Of a DNA stretch of 64,000 nucleotides, positions 1 to 8,982 are shown piece by piece. Numbering within the stretch: position 1 is the stretch's first letter; each line of letters opens with the position of its first letter. The notes below the pieces were generated by a model. That model did no database searches. It worked only from the letters and a program-made list of their open reading frames with translations, and was not told the origin of the DNA. A program made the position numbers and the translations under genes. This DNA comes from Chloroflexaceae bacterium (GTDB taxonomy: Bacteria > Chloroflexota > Chloroflexia > Chloroflexales > Chloroflexaceae): assembly GCA_028282325.1 (NCBI GenBank), contig JANQID010000050.1, forward strand, positions 1,820-65,819, given 5' to 3'.

Positions 1-992
1 TAAGCGCCCAACGAATTGGTGTCATAGTACCCTGCGCGCACACAACTCCCAATAAAGTTACAAATCAGGCGTTCGGCGTGAATCATTGTTATGTGCCCAA
101 CATCATAGGAAGGAGCGATTTCAACCAAGTCCATTCCCAGTACTCTCCCTTTATTGACTAGTCCATGAATTAACTTCCGAATCTGGAGCCACGAGAGCCC
201 GCCGGGTATTTGGGCCAATACAGCGGGCATGATAGTTGGGTCGATTCCATCTGCATCGATAGTAAGATAGTAGTAACCGTTATCTGGAATTTGATCGAGA
301 ATCGCGCCCATCCCGATTTCATGCATTTCGTAAGCATCAAAAATAGTTGCGCCGTAGGCAATTGCATCATCCACTTCTTGTTGACGAGCACTGCCAGTTC
401 CTCGCAAACCGATTTGGATGATTTTATCAATCCATGGCATTTCAGAAGCTCGCTTGATGGGGCTCGAATAGCCTTCTTTCTCGCCGTTGACATGGTCACG
501 CCAGTCAAGGTGCGCATCTACTTGCACTAATGTTACCTTGGTTTCGAATACCTCAAGGGCGCGCATAACTGGAATCGGCACTCCATGATCCCCTCCTAAT
601 GTGATCAGTGTGGCGTTTTGGCTAAATATTTTCCGGGCCACTTGTTCCGCTCTTATATAGTGTTGTCTGCGATCTGATTTATCGGCAGTTACATTTCCAC
701 AATCTATAATTTTAATATCATGACCATCCAGCAATGGGCCACGAAGGTCCCAATCAAAATGATTCACTGAGAGATAGTTGGAAGATTTGCTTCTAAATTG
801 GCGGATTACATCAGGCGCCCGGCTTTGATCATTGGCCATTTCATCGGGATCGTATGGCATACCGTAGGGTATACCCAGAATAGCAATATCTGCTTGCAAA
901 CTATCTAGGTTGCGGACCAAAGGAAAATTTAGGAAGGTACATGGAGAAACGTTTGGAGTTTCAATCAATGATTTGTTCTTGTTTTCATTCAA
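1..992 (-). CDS. agmatinase/arginase-family ureohydrolase (C-terminus runs off the window)
   Basis: Absent from the ORF track because this frame has no stop inside the window. My minus-strand translation uses the frame set by TTG 992-990 (AGGAG at 1005-1001, 8-nt spacer). It reads ...LITLGGDHGVPIPVMRALE...KVTLVQVDAHLDWRDHVNG...YYLTIDADGIDPTIMPA...GMDLVEIAPSYD. These are the GGDH / DAHxD / DxDxxDP metal-binding motifs of the arginase fold. The region is visibly AT-richer than its surroundings. Confidence 0.8.
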   Translation of the reverse strand, partial: MNENKNKSLIETPNVSPCTFLNFPLVRNLDSLQADIAILGIPYGMPYDPDEMANDQSRAPDVIRQFRSKSSNYLSVNHFDWDLRGPLLDGHDIKIIDCGNVTADKSDRRQHYIRAEQVARKIFSQNATLITLGGDHGVPIPVMRALEVFETKVTLVQVDAHLDWRDHVNGEKEGYSSPIKRASEMPWIDKIIQIGLRGTGSARQQEVDDAIAYGATIFDAYEMHEIGMGAILDQIPDNGYYYLTIDADGIDPTIMPAVLAQIPGGLSWLQIRKLIHGLVNKGRVLGMDLVEIAPSYDVGHITMIHAERLICNFIGSCVRAGYYDTNSLGA

Positions 993-1457
993 TTCTTTCG
1001 CTCCTACTTAATTAATGCTCTTCACGGATGCATAACGCTTGGGTTCACTGGCTGCCCACACGCAACCTGACCTAAAAGCGAGGTTGGAGTACAAACACCG
1101 GCTTGATTATACACCAACTCCGCCAGCAAGGTTACTTTCAATGCAGCCTCTGCGTCTCCGCGTGTCACCGTGTCGGTGCGTCGAAACTTACTCCAGCCCC
1201 AACGCGCGATATACGGCTCCGGCGGGGGTGAGCGCGCTCTGGAACATGAGCGGAATCGCCCCCAACCCACCGCGCATTTGCATTCAATCCAAAGCGATCG
1301 TACCATGCGCCCACGCAAATAGTCGCAGAGCAAGCACCGACGCAGGGTCACGCCGCGCAGCCGAGCAGGCGCGGCACATCTGGCGGCATCCAGATGCGTG
1401 GGCCGATCGCACTGCTTGTCGCTGCATAAACTCGTGTGGCATCCCGGGGAGGTTGAT

Positions 1458-3668
1458 GTGAAGCAGATCCTGGTGATAACGCTTGGTGATGAAGAGCGAA
1501 CCATGGAGGCATCGTTTCTCGGCCATACGGTTGAGATGATACGGGCGGGATGTGGCGGCGACGCCGATCGTGCCCATGCCTTGATCGGCGAATTCGATGG
1601 CAAAGTCGCTGCTATTGGCTTGGAAGGCTTGCCGACTCAATTGCGCCTGGGCTCGTTACGTCGCTCGCACACGGCGGGAAGCACCCTGCCAGCGGCCGCC
1701 CGCCATACGCCCGTCGTCGATGGCAGCGGCATTCGTGGCGGCCTCGAACGCTGGGCCATTATCCTGGCCGACCGCGCCAATCCCGGCATTTTTAGCCAGA
1801 AGCAGGTGTTGATGGTTCCCGGTCTAAACCACGAAGGCATGTCACAGGCGCTGGCCCGGCGCGGGTCGGCGCAACGCTACGCCGATCCGATCATCTACTT
1901 TGGTATGCCCGGCCCGCCTGGCGTGGGCAATCGCCAGACGCTTGATCGCTTTGGCCCGCTGACACTCGAGCGGCTACGCAACGCACCGTTTCACAAACTC
2001 AACGTCTTGCCTGGTGTGCCGCGGTATAAGCGCGACAATCGCCCGTTCCGCTGGGCCGACCTGATTGCCGGCGACATCGGGATGATCCGGCACTACGCCC
2101 CTATGAAGCTTCAGCGCAAGATCGTTGTTGTTGAACACGCCAACGAAGATGACCTGGAAGATCTGAAGCAGCGCGGTGTGTCGATTGCGATCACGCTGAT
2201 GCCGGCGATCCAGATTCAGGGTGAGCCGGAAACCGACCTGGGGCGCTGGTCGGCGGCCACGATTGAGGCGCTGCTGGCGGCATTGCGCCCCAATCCCGAA
2301 ACGCCGCTGACTGAAGATGCCTACCTTGACCTGATGGCCAATATTCAATGGTCGCCGGCCGTGCGCTACCTTCAACCGAGGGAGGCCGGCATTCACCGTT
2401 TCGCGTTTGTCATCCACCCGCTCAGCGTGAGCTTCATTCATAAGTATCCGCCAATGCGCTGGACGCGATACTTGCCCGACGAACTCGTCGAAACGGTCGC
2501 GGCGCATATACCGCCGATGCATGTCGGGTCGATCACCGGCGGCGTATCGCCCGCGACCAACCAGCGTATCGAAGGGTATCTGATCACGCTGGGCGCCACA
2601 CCGCGCCAGATGGTCAACCGCGATGCGCATTTCACCTACCGCCAGCTCAACGAAGCTGCGCGCATCGCCGAACGCAAAGGCGCACGCATTATGGGTCTGG
2701 GCGCCTTCACCAGCGTCGTGGGCGATGCCGGGATTACTGTCGCTCACGAGGCCGACATCGCCATTACCAGTGGAAATAGCCTGACCGTCGCGGCAACGCT
2801 GGAAGCCGCCAAACAGGCGATGATCAAGATGGGAACGACCGACCTGACTCGCGGCAAGGCGATGGTCGTCGGTGCGACGGGGTCGATTGGCTCGGTATGC
2901 GCGCGGCTGCTGGCCCAGGCGATTAACGACGTGGTGCTGGTCTCGATCGAACCGGAGAAGCTGATCGAACTCAAGCGCAAGATCCAGAGCGAAACGCCGG
3001 GTTCACATGTTACGATTGCCACGCGGGCCGATGACCATCTTGGCGCATGCGACCTCATTGTGACTGCCACGTCGGCGTTTGGCCAACGGATCGTGGATAT
3101 TACCCGCTGCAAGCCGGGTGCGGTGATCTGCGATGTAGCCCGCCCGCCCGACATCAGCGCAGCGGAAGCGGAACTGCGCCCCGACGTGCTGGTGATCGAG
3201 AGCGGCGAAGTGCGCATTCCTGGCGACATTAATATCGGCTACGACATTGGTCTGCCGCCAAAGACCGTCTATGCCTGCCTGGCCGAGACGGCGTTGTTGG
3301 CGATGGAAGGCCGTTTCGAGGACTACACCCTGGGTCGCAATATCACGATGGAGCGGGTGAAAGAAATCTATCGGCTGTTCAAGAAGCACGATTTTCAACT
3401 CGCCGGGCTGCGCTCGTTCGGCAAGTTCCTCAGCGACGAGGATTTCGCCCGCAAGCAAGAGTTGGCGGCCCAACTGCGCGACGATACCGAGCGCTTCGCT
3501 CGTATGCGCGAAGAGGCGGCGGCGAAGCTGGCCACGATTCCGGTGTCGTCGAAAGGGATCAAGTCATCAAACAACATGGCGAAATGGGGCTGGCTTAGCG
3601 TCGGGCTGGGTATGGCGGCTGCGCTGCTGATCGTGATCGTGCGGCGGCAAGCGGAGCGGCGGCGGTAG
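1458..3668 (+). CDS. fusion protein: uncharacterised N-domain + acyl-ACP-reductase (AAR)/shikimate-DH-like NAD(P) domain + C-terminal membrane anchor
   Basis: ORF 1398-3668. The in-frame GTG at 1458 is preceded by GGGGAGG (1446-1452) and opens the conserved part ([13 protein letters not shown]). The C-terminal half has [21 protein letters not shown], the Rossmann motif [16 protein letters not shown] and [19 protein letters not shown], which I recognise as AAR-family motifs. The protein ends with the hydrophobic helix [19 protein letters not shown]. Confidence 0.8.
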   Translation: MKQILVITLGDEERTMEASFLGHTVEMIRAGCGGDADRAHALIGEFDGKVAAIGLEGLPTQLRLGSLRRSHTAGSTLPAAARHTPVVDGSGIRGGLERWAIILADRANPGIFSQKQVLMVPGLNHEGMSQALARRGSAQRYADPIIYFGMPGPPGVGNRQTLDRFGPLTLERLRNAPFHKLNVLPGVPRYKRDNRPFRWADLIAGDIGMIRHYAPMKLQRKIVVVEHANEDDLEDLKQRGVSIAITLMPAIQIQGEPETDLGRWSAATIEALLAALRPNPETPLTEDAYLDLMANIQWSPAVRYLQPREAGIHRFAFVIHPLSVSFIHKYPPMRWTRYLPDELVETVAAHIPPMHVGSITGGVSPATNQRIEGYLITLGATPRQMVNRDAHFTYRQLNEAARIAERKGARIMGLGAFTSVVGDAGITVAHEADIAITSGNSLTVAATLEAAKQAMIKMGTTDLTRGKAMVVGATGSIGSVCARLLAQAINDVVLVSIEPEKLIELKRKIQSETPGSHVTIATRADDHLGACDLIVTATSAFGQRIVDITRCKPGAVICDVARPPDISAAEAELRPDVLVIESGEVRIPGDINIGYDIGLPPKTVYACLAETALLAMEGRFEDYTLGRNITMERVKEIYRLFKKHDFQLAGLRSFGKFLSDEDFARKQELAAQLRDDTERFARMREEAAAKLATIPVSSKGIKSSNNMAKWGWLSVGLGMAAALLIVIVRRQAERRR

Positions 3669-4004
3669 AACGGGCTTGCACTGTGACGGACGCAGTCCAG
3701 GCTGCCGGCGGTTCGCGGATGCTTTTGCGTCTATCGGCAACCGGCCCGGTCTTTGCAGTCGTCAAGCGAGTTTGCCCGTCTAGTTGTCTCGCTATAACCA
3801 GTAGTTGCGTTTTTATAACTATGCCCAAGTATGATATATGCTATAGTTAAAATTAATCATTCCTAACATCTGTAAGCATGAGCTTGGCGCGGTGATCAAT
3901 ACCTTCCTCTCCGCGCAGTGGTTCGGACATCTGTTGTTCCGGGCTTGTGGCTCATCCTCAATGCTTATACACGATGTCTGCATAACCAAACCGAGATTGC
4001 TCAC

Positions 4005-4034
4005 AGCAAAGACGCAGAGATAGCAAAGACGCAG
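4005..4034 (+). repeat. tandem direct repeat AGCAAAGACGCAG x2 (17-nt period) in the hdrA leader
   Basis: Exact 13-mer at 4005-4017 and 4022-4034, about 80 nt upstream of the hdrA start. CAGAGAT (4015-4021) is also complementary to ATCTCTG (4052-4058). Confidence 0.6.
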
Positions 4035-4114
4035 CGCGCGTATGGTTTTGCATCTCTGGGTCTTTTTTGTTGGCATATTTTCGTTTCGGCCTAATTGCAC
4101 AATAGAGAGCCGGC

Positions 4115-7100
4115 ATGGATCAACGTACACACGATGTGCTTATCATTGGCGGCGGCATCAGCGGGATGCAGGCCGCACTCAATCTGGGCGACAAGGGCTA
4201 TAAGGTCGTCGTCGTCGATAAGCAGGCGAGCATCGGCGGCACGATGGTGAAGCTCGACAAGACCTTCCCGACGAATGATTGTTCGATCTGCATCGCTGCG
4301 CCGAAAATGGTCGAACTGGCGCGGCATCCGAATATCGATCTGTTGACCTACGCTCAGGTTGAGCAGGTCAGCGGCACCGCAGGCAATTTCCAGATTTCGA
4401 TCTGGCGGCGCACCAACTATGTCGATCCCGAAAAGTGTACCGGGTGCGGTGATTGTGCGAATGTGTGTCCGGTCGATGTTGTTGATACGTTCAACGCCGG
4501 GATGGCGAAACGCAAGGCGATCTATATCCAGTTTCCCCAGGCGGTGCCGTCTGTCTACACTATCGACTTCAAGCATTGCACCGGCTGTGGCTCCTGTGAC
4601 CGCGCCTGTATGGCGAAAGCCATCTTGTTTCTCAAGCCCTCGCGCGAGACGCGGCTCACGGTCGGCAGCATTATCGTTGCTACCGGCTTCGATGTGCTGG
4701 AGCCGGTTGAGATGCGCAAAGAATATGGCTATGGCAAGTACGCCAATGTGATCACTGCCTTGCAATACGAGCGCATTCTCTCAGCGTCGGGGCCGACCGC
4801 GGGCAAAATTCTGCGGCCTTCGGATGGCAAGCAGCCCGAACGGATCGCCTGGATCCAGTGCGTCGGCTCGCGCAGCGCCCAGAACGGCAACCCATATTGC
4901 TCGAAGATCTGCTGTATGTACGCTACGAAAGAAGCTGCAATCACAATCGACAGCCATCCTGACATCGACGCGGCGATCTTCTATATGGATCTGCGCGCGT
5001 ACGGCAAGGATTTCCAGCAGTATTATCGCCAGGCCGAGCGCAACGGCGTGCGCTACATTCGTGGGCGTCCGTCGAGCGTCTATGAGAACGCCGACCGCAG
5101 CCTGACGCTGGTCTACGAAAATACGCTCACCGGCGAGGCGCACGAGGAAGTCTTCGATATGGTTGTGCTCTCGACTTCGGTCGTTCCTTCGCCCGACAGC
5201 CGTCGGCTGGCGAATGTGCTCGGCGTCGCGATTGACGAGCACGGGTTTTTTGTTCAGCAAGATATGTTGCGTGATCCGCTGAAATCGACCCGTGACGGCG
5301 TTTTTCTCGCCGGCGGCGCGCAGGGGCCGAATGACATCCCCGACTCGGTGGCGCAGGCCAGCGGCGCGGCGGGACGAGCGGCGGCGGCGCTTCGTGATCG
5401 GCACGGCACGGTCGAGCGCAAGCAGGCCCCGGAGAAGGAGATCGATGGCGATGCGCCGCGTACCGGCGTGTTCGTGTGCAGTTGCGGCAAGAACATCGGC
5501 GGCTATGTCGATGTAGCCGATGTCACCGAATATGCCCGCGGCTTGCCCAACGTCATCTTCGCTGGCGAGTATCTGTTCGCTTGCTCCGAGGATGCGCAAC
5601 GCCGAATTAAAGAGGCGATTCAGGTGTATGACCTCAACCGTGTGGTGGTCGCCGCCTGCTCGCCGATCACCCACGGCGGCGTGTTTCAGCAGACGTGCGA
5701 GGAAGCCGGCATCAACCAGAATCTGTTTGATATGGCTAACATTCGCAACCAATGTTCGTGGGTGCATTCGCATGACCGCAACCGGGCGACGACGAAGTCG
5801 CGCGACCTGGTGCGTATGTCGGTTGCCAAATCTGCCCATCTGCGCCCGCTCTCGAATCGCGAGATCGGCGTGACCCGCGCCTGCCTGATCATCGGCGGCG
5901 GGATCGCCGGGATCAAGGCGGCGTTGACCACTGCCGAGATGGGCATCGATACGTATCTGGTTGAACGCGAGGCGGTGCTCGGCGGCAAGCTGCGCGATCT
6001 GTATACGCTCTATCCTGCCGACATTCCCGCCGGCGAAGCGCTTGGCCCGCTGGTGAGCGCGGTGGAGCGCCATGAGCGCATTCGGGTGTTTGTGAATTCA
6101 GAGGTGCGCACGGTTGACGGTTATATCGGCAACTTCCAGGTCGAGGTGCAATCGCGAGCCAGCGGCTTGACCGAACGCCTCGACATCGGCGCGATCATCG
6201 TCGCCACCGGTTTCCAGGAGGTCGATTTCGGCGGGCGCTATGGCTATGGCGAGCATCCCAATATCATCTCCCAGCTTGAACTTGAGCAGCGATTGCGCGC
6301 TGGCACGCTTGGCAATCCACGCACGGCGGTGATACTCAACTGCGCCGGGTCGATGGATGCGAGCAACCCGTCGTGTTGTCGCATCGGCTGCGGCGTGTCG
6401 GTCAAGAATATGCGCCGGATCCACGAAGTCGCGCCGAACGCACGTATGTTTTTGCTCTATCAAGATTTGCGCATGTTCGGCAAACAACAGGAAGAGTACT
6501 TCGCGGAGACGGTCAGACAGGTGCAGCCCTATCTGATCCGCTATGTCGCCGACCGACCGCCAAGCGTGCGCGTGCGCGGTGATCGCATCTTTGTGACGGT
6601 CTTCGACGTGCTGCTGCGCGACTATGTCGAGGTCGAGGCCGATCTGGTCGTGCTGACCACGGCGATGCGTGGCGACGCACGTACGCCGCAGCTCAAGCAG
6701 ATGCTCAAGGTCGCCGCCAACAGCGAGGATTTCTACAACGAAGCGCATGCGAAGATTCGCCCGCTTGACTTCGCCACCGATGGCGTGTATTTGTGCGGTT
6801 CGGCCCACTATCCCAAGAGCGTTCCGGACACAATCGCTCAAGCCGAAGGCGCCGCCTCGCGGGCGGCGATCCCGCTGCTGCGGGGCAAGGTTAGCACCGA
6901 GCCGATTATCGCCGAGATCGATGCCACGCATTGCGCCGGTTGCGGCATCTGCGTCACCCTCTGCCCGTATGGGGCGATCTCGATCAACGCCGAGCGCAGT
7001 GCGGCTGTTATCACCGACGTGATGTGCAAAGGATGTGGAACGTGCGTCGCGGCGTGTCCTTCCGGCGCAGCGCAGCAGCGCAACTTCACCGACCAGCAAC

Positions 7101-7132
7101 TGTTCGCGATGATCGAAACGGCGTGGGACTGA
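4115..7132 (+). CDS. hdrA: heterodisulfide reductase subunit A-like flavoprotein, tandem two-module form (QmoA-like + full HdrA/QmoB-like)
   Basis: 1005 aa. Module 1 (aa 1 to about 440) has DVLIIGGGISGMQAAL, FPTNDCSICI, an inserted ferredoxin domain (CTGCGDCANVCP, CTGCGSCDRAC) and CSKICC. Module 2 (from about aa 449) has the Cys-rich VFVCSCGKNIGG N-domain, a second dinucleotide motif LIIGGGIAGIKAAL and a C-terminal 2x[4Fe-4S] ferredoxin (CAGCGICVTLCP, CKGCGTCVAACP). Confidence 0.9.
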   Translation: MDQRTHDVLIIGGGISGMQAALNLGDKGYKVVVVDKQASIGGTMVKLDKTFPTNDCSICIAAPKMVELARHPNIDLLTYAQVEQVSGTAGNFQISIWRRTNYVDPEKCTGCGDCANVCPVDVVDTFNAGMAKRKAIYIQFPQAVPSVYTIDFKHCTGCGSCDRACMAKAILFLKPSRETRLTVGSIIVATGFDVLEPVEMRKEYGYGKYANVITALQYERILSASGPTAGKILRPSDGKQPERIAWIQCVGSRSAQNGNPYCSKICCMYATKEAAITIDSHPDIDAAIFYMDLRAYGKDFQQYYRQAERNGVRYIRGRPSSVYENADRSLTLVYENTLTGEAHEEVFDMVVLSTSVVPSPDSRRLANVLGVAIDEHGFFVQQDMLRDPLKSTRDGVFLAGGAQGPNDIPDSVAQASGAAGRAAAALRDRHGTVERKQAPEKEIDGDAPRTGVFVCSCGKNIGGYVDVADVTEYARGLPNVIFAGEYLFACSEDAQRRIKEAIQVYDLNRVVVAACSPITHGGVFQQTCEEAGINQNLFDMANIRNQCSWVHSHDRNRATTKSRDLVRMSVAKSAHLRPLSNREIGVTRACLIIGGGIAGIKAALTTAEMGIDTYLVEREAVLGGKLRDLYTLYPADIPAGEALGPLVSAVERHERIRVFVNSEVRTVDGYIGNFQVEVQSRASGLTERLDIGAIIVATGFQEVDFGGRYGYGEHPNIISQLELEQRLRAGTLGNPRTAVILNCAGSMDASNPSCCRIGCGVSVKNMRRIHEVAPNARMFLLYQDLRMFGKQQEEYFAETVRQVQPYLIRYVADRPPSVRVRGDRIFVTVFDVLLRDYVEVEADLVVLTTAMRGDARTPQLKQMLKVAANSEDFYNEAHAKIRPLDFATDGVYLCGSAHYPKSVPDTIAQAEGAASRAAIPLLRGKVSTEPIIAEIDATHCAGCGICVTLCPYGAISINAERSAAVITDVMCKGCGTCVAACPSGAAQQRNFTDQQLFAMIETAWD

Positions 7133-7165
7133 CTTGTAAACCTGCCAGGGTTCGCCAGGAAGACG

Positions 7166-7603
7166 ATGGCCGATATGGACGACACGTTCCAACCGAGAAT
7201 CATGGGCTTTTTGTGTAGCTGGTGCTCCTACTCCGGCGCTGATACGGCAGGCGTGAGCCGGATGCAGTACCCGCCGAATATTCGCATCATTCGTGTGATG
7301 TGTAGCGGACGGATCGAGCCGCTGCACGTGATGAAGGCGTTTGAGCAAGGAGCCGACGGCGTGCTGGTCTCCGGCTGTCATCCCGGCGATTGTCACTACG
7401 CAACGGGCAATTATTACACCCAACGCCGCTTTGCCGTTATGCGCCAGTTGCTCGACTTTTTCGGCATCGATCAGCGCCGCCTCAAACTGACCTGGGTTTC
7501 GGCGTCCGAAGGCGCGCGCTTCGCCGATATTGTCACCGCTATGACCGAGGAAATTCGTATGGTGGGTCCGCTCAATCTGCGCGCGAACCCTAAGGGTGTA
7601 TGA
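7166..7603 (+). CDS. mvhD: MvhD/FlxD-family protein (methyl-viologen-reducing hydrogenase delta subunit-like)
   Basis: 145 aa with FLCSWCSY...MCSGR...VSGCHPGDCHY, the characteristic MvhD Cys pattern. It starts 34 nt after hdrA. Confidence 0.9.
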   Translation: MADMDDTFQPRIMGFLCSWCSYSGADTAGVSRMQYPPNIRIIRVMCSGRIEPLHVMKAFEQGADGVLVSGCHPGDCHYATGNYYTQRRFAVMRQLLDFFGIDQRRLKLTWVSASEGARFADIVTAMTEEIRMVGPLNLRANPKGV

Positions 7604-7604
7604 G

Positions 7605-8558
7605 ATGACGGTTGTCAATGATCAATTGACGCTGATCCTGCGCGAGAAAGTGCATACGCTCTTCGCCGAGGGCGTCGCTGATGTCTTCATCGGCTATCGG
7701 CACGGCGGCAAGCCGCTCCGCGTCCAACCACACGTTGCCAGGAGTGCGGCCGATGCCGATCAACTGGTCTGGAATCCGACATGCATCAACAACCTCACCT
7801 CGACGCTCCACAAGTTCGCCGATATGCGCGTTGGCATTCTGGTCAAAGGTTGCGACTCGCGCGCGCTGGTTGAACTGATCAAACTGCGCCAGGTTCGACG
7901 TGATGGCGTTTACATCATCGGCGCGCCCTGTCCGGGGATTGTCGATCACGAACTGATCGCGCGGTCGGTTGATCCGGCGACGATTACGGACATTTTCGTG
8001 GAGGAAGCGCAGGTTATGCTCACGACCGACGCAGGCGAGATTACCCTCGACCCTGCGGACGCCCTCTACGCCAAATGCCTGACCTGCGCACAGCCGACGC
8101 CGGATCTGTACGACGAGCTGCTGGGCGACCCGATCGCGGTGCACCCGATACCGCTCGATGCTCGCTTCAACGCTGCGATCGAATTGGAGCAGCTTAGCGT
8201 TGCCGAGCGCTTCGCATTTTGGGACGAGCAGTTAAACAAGTGTACGCTCTGCTATGCCTGTCAGGCGGTCTGCCCGGTGTGCTTTTGCACAGCATGCGCT
8301 CTCGCATTGCCGCGCAACGATCCGAAGCGTAAGAATCGCGACCGCGAGAGCGTTTTCTCCTTCCATTTGATGCGTGCCTATCATATGACCGGTCGTTGCA
8401 TCGGGTGTTACGAGTGTGAGCGCGTCTGTCCGGTTGACATACCGTTGAGCGCGATTTTCCAGAAGGCGGAGAAAGAGTCGCGCGATCTGTTCGGCTACAA
8501 GGCGGGGAGCGATGTCGCTGCCGTACCGCCGTTGAGCACGTTTGGCGACAAGACATAA
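7605..8558 (+). CDS. 4Fe-4S dicluster protein, FlxB/FlxC / sulfhydrogenase-beta / AsrA-like
   Basis: The ORF-track start is GTG 7596, overlapping the mvhD stop. ATG 7605 has AAGGG 8 nt upstream. Motifs are CTLCYACQAVCPVCFC and CIGCYECERVCPVDIP (CPxCxC type), plus KGCDSRAL. Confidence 0.75.
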   Translation: MTVVNDQLTLILREKVHTLFAEGVADVFIGYRHGGKPLRVQPHVARSAADADQLVWNPTCINNLTSTLHKFADMRVGILVKGCDSRALVELIKLRQVRRDGVYIIGAPCPGIVDHELIARSVDPATITDIFVEEAQVMLTTDAGEITLDPADALYAKCLTCAQPTPDLYDELLGDPIAVHPIPLDARFNAAIELEQLSVAERFAFWDEQLNKCTLCYACQAVCPVCFCTACALALPRNDPKRKNRDRESVFSFHLMRAYHMTGRCIGCYECERVCPVDIPLSAIFQKAEKESRDLFGYKAGSDVAAVPPLSTFGDKT

Positions 8559-8575
8559 CGCGGGGAGTCTGCCTT

Positions 8576-8977
8576 ATGATCAAAATCACGGCCAGCGGCC
8601 GCCCGAACGAACTCCTGCGCAAGGCCGCGGCGCTCAGCGGGCAGGATCTTTTCGCCTGCTATCAATGCGGCACGTGCTCGGCGGGCTGTCCGATGGTCGC
8701 GGAGATGGATCTTTTGCCCGACCAACTGATACGCCACGTGCTGTTCGGAATGTCCGATGCGTTGGAGAGCACGGCGATCTGGGTGTGCGCGTCGTGCTAC
8801 CTCTGTGATGAACGTTGCCCGCGCGGCATCGATGTGTCAAAGATCATGGAAGCGTTGCGCCAGATCTGGCTACGCCAGAATGAAGATTACGTCCACGTAG
8901 CACAACTTCCTAAAGAGACGCTGGCGGAACTGCCGCCAATCGCTCTGGTGGCCAATTTCCGCAAGAATACGGGGTAA
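8576..8977 (+). CDS. hdrC: heterodisulfide reductase subunit C-like (2x[4Fe-4S])
   Basis: 133 aa with CYQCGTCSAGCP and CASCYLCDERCP, in typical HdrC spacing and length. Confidence 0.9.
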   Translation: MIKITASGRPNELLRKAAALSGQDLFACYQCGTCSAGCPMVAEMDLLPDQLIRHVLFGMSDALESTAIWVCASCYLCDERCPRGIDVSKIMEALRQIWLRQNEDYVHVAQLPKETLAELPPIALVANFRKNTG

Positions 8978-8982
8978 ACGGA

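Noticed and set aside
3819-4130. 103-aa minus-strand ORF in the hdrA leader
   Set aside because: It has no RBS or domain and overlaps the hdrA start codon (4115) and its ribosome-binding region. Part of its sequence comes from the short tandem repeat, so I treat the region as non-coding leader.
4781-7618. Long minus-strand ORFs antisense to hdrA/mvhD (4781-6073, 430 aa; 6098-7618, 506 aa)
   Set aside because: They lie almost entirely within the motif-rich hdrA and mvhD genes, running a few nt past the mvhD stop. Their translations are R/A/G/H-rich with no recognisable motif, as expected for open antisense frames in high-GC DNA.
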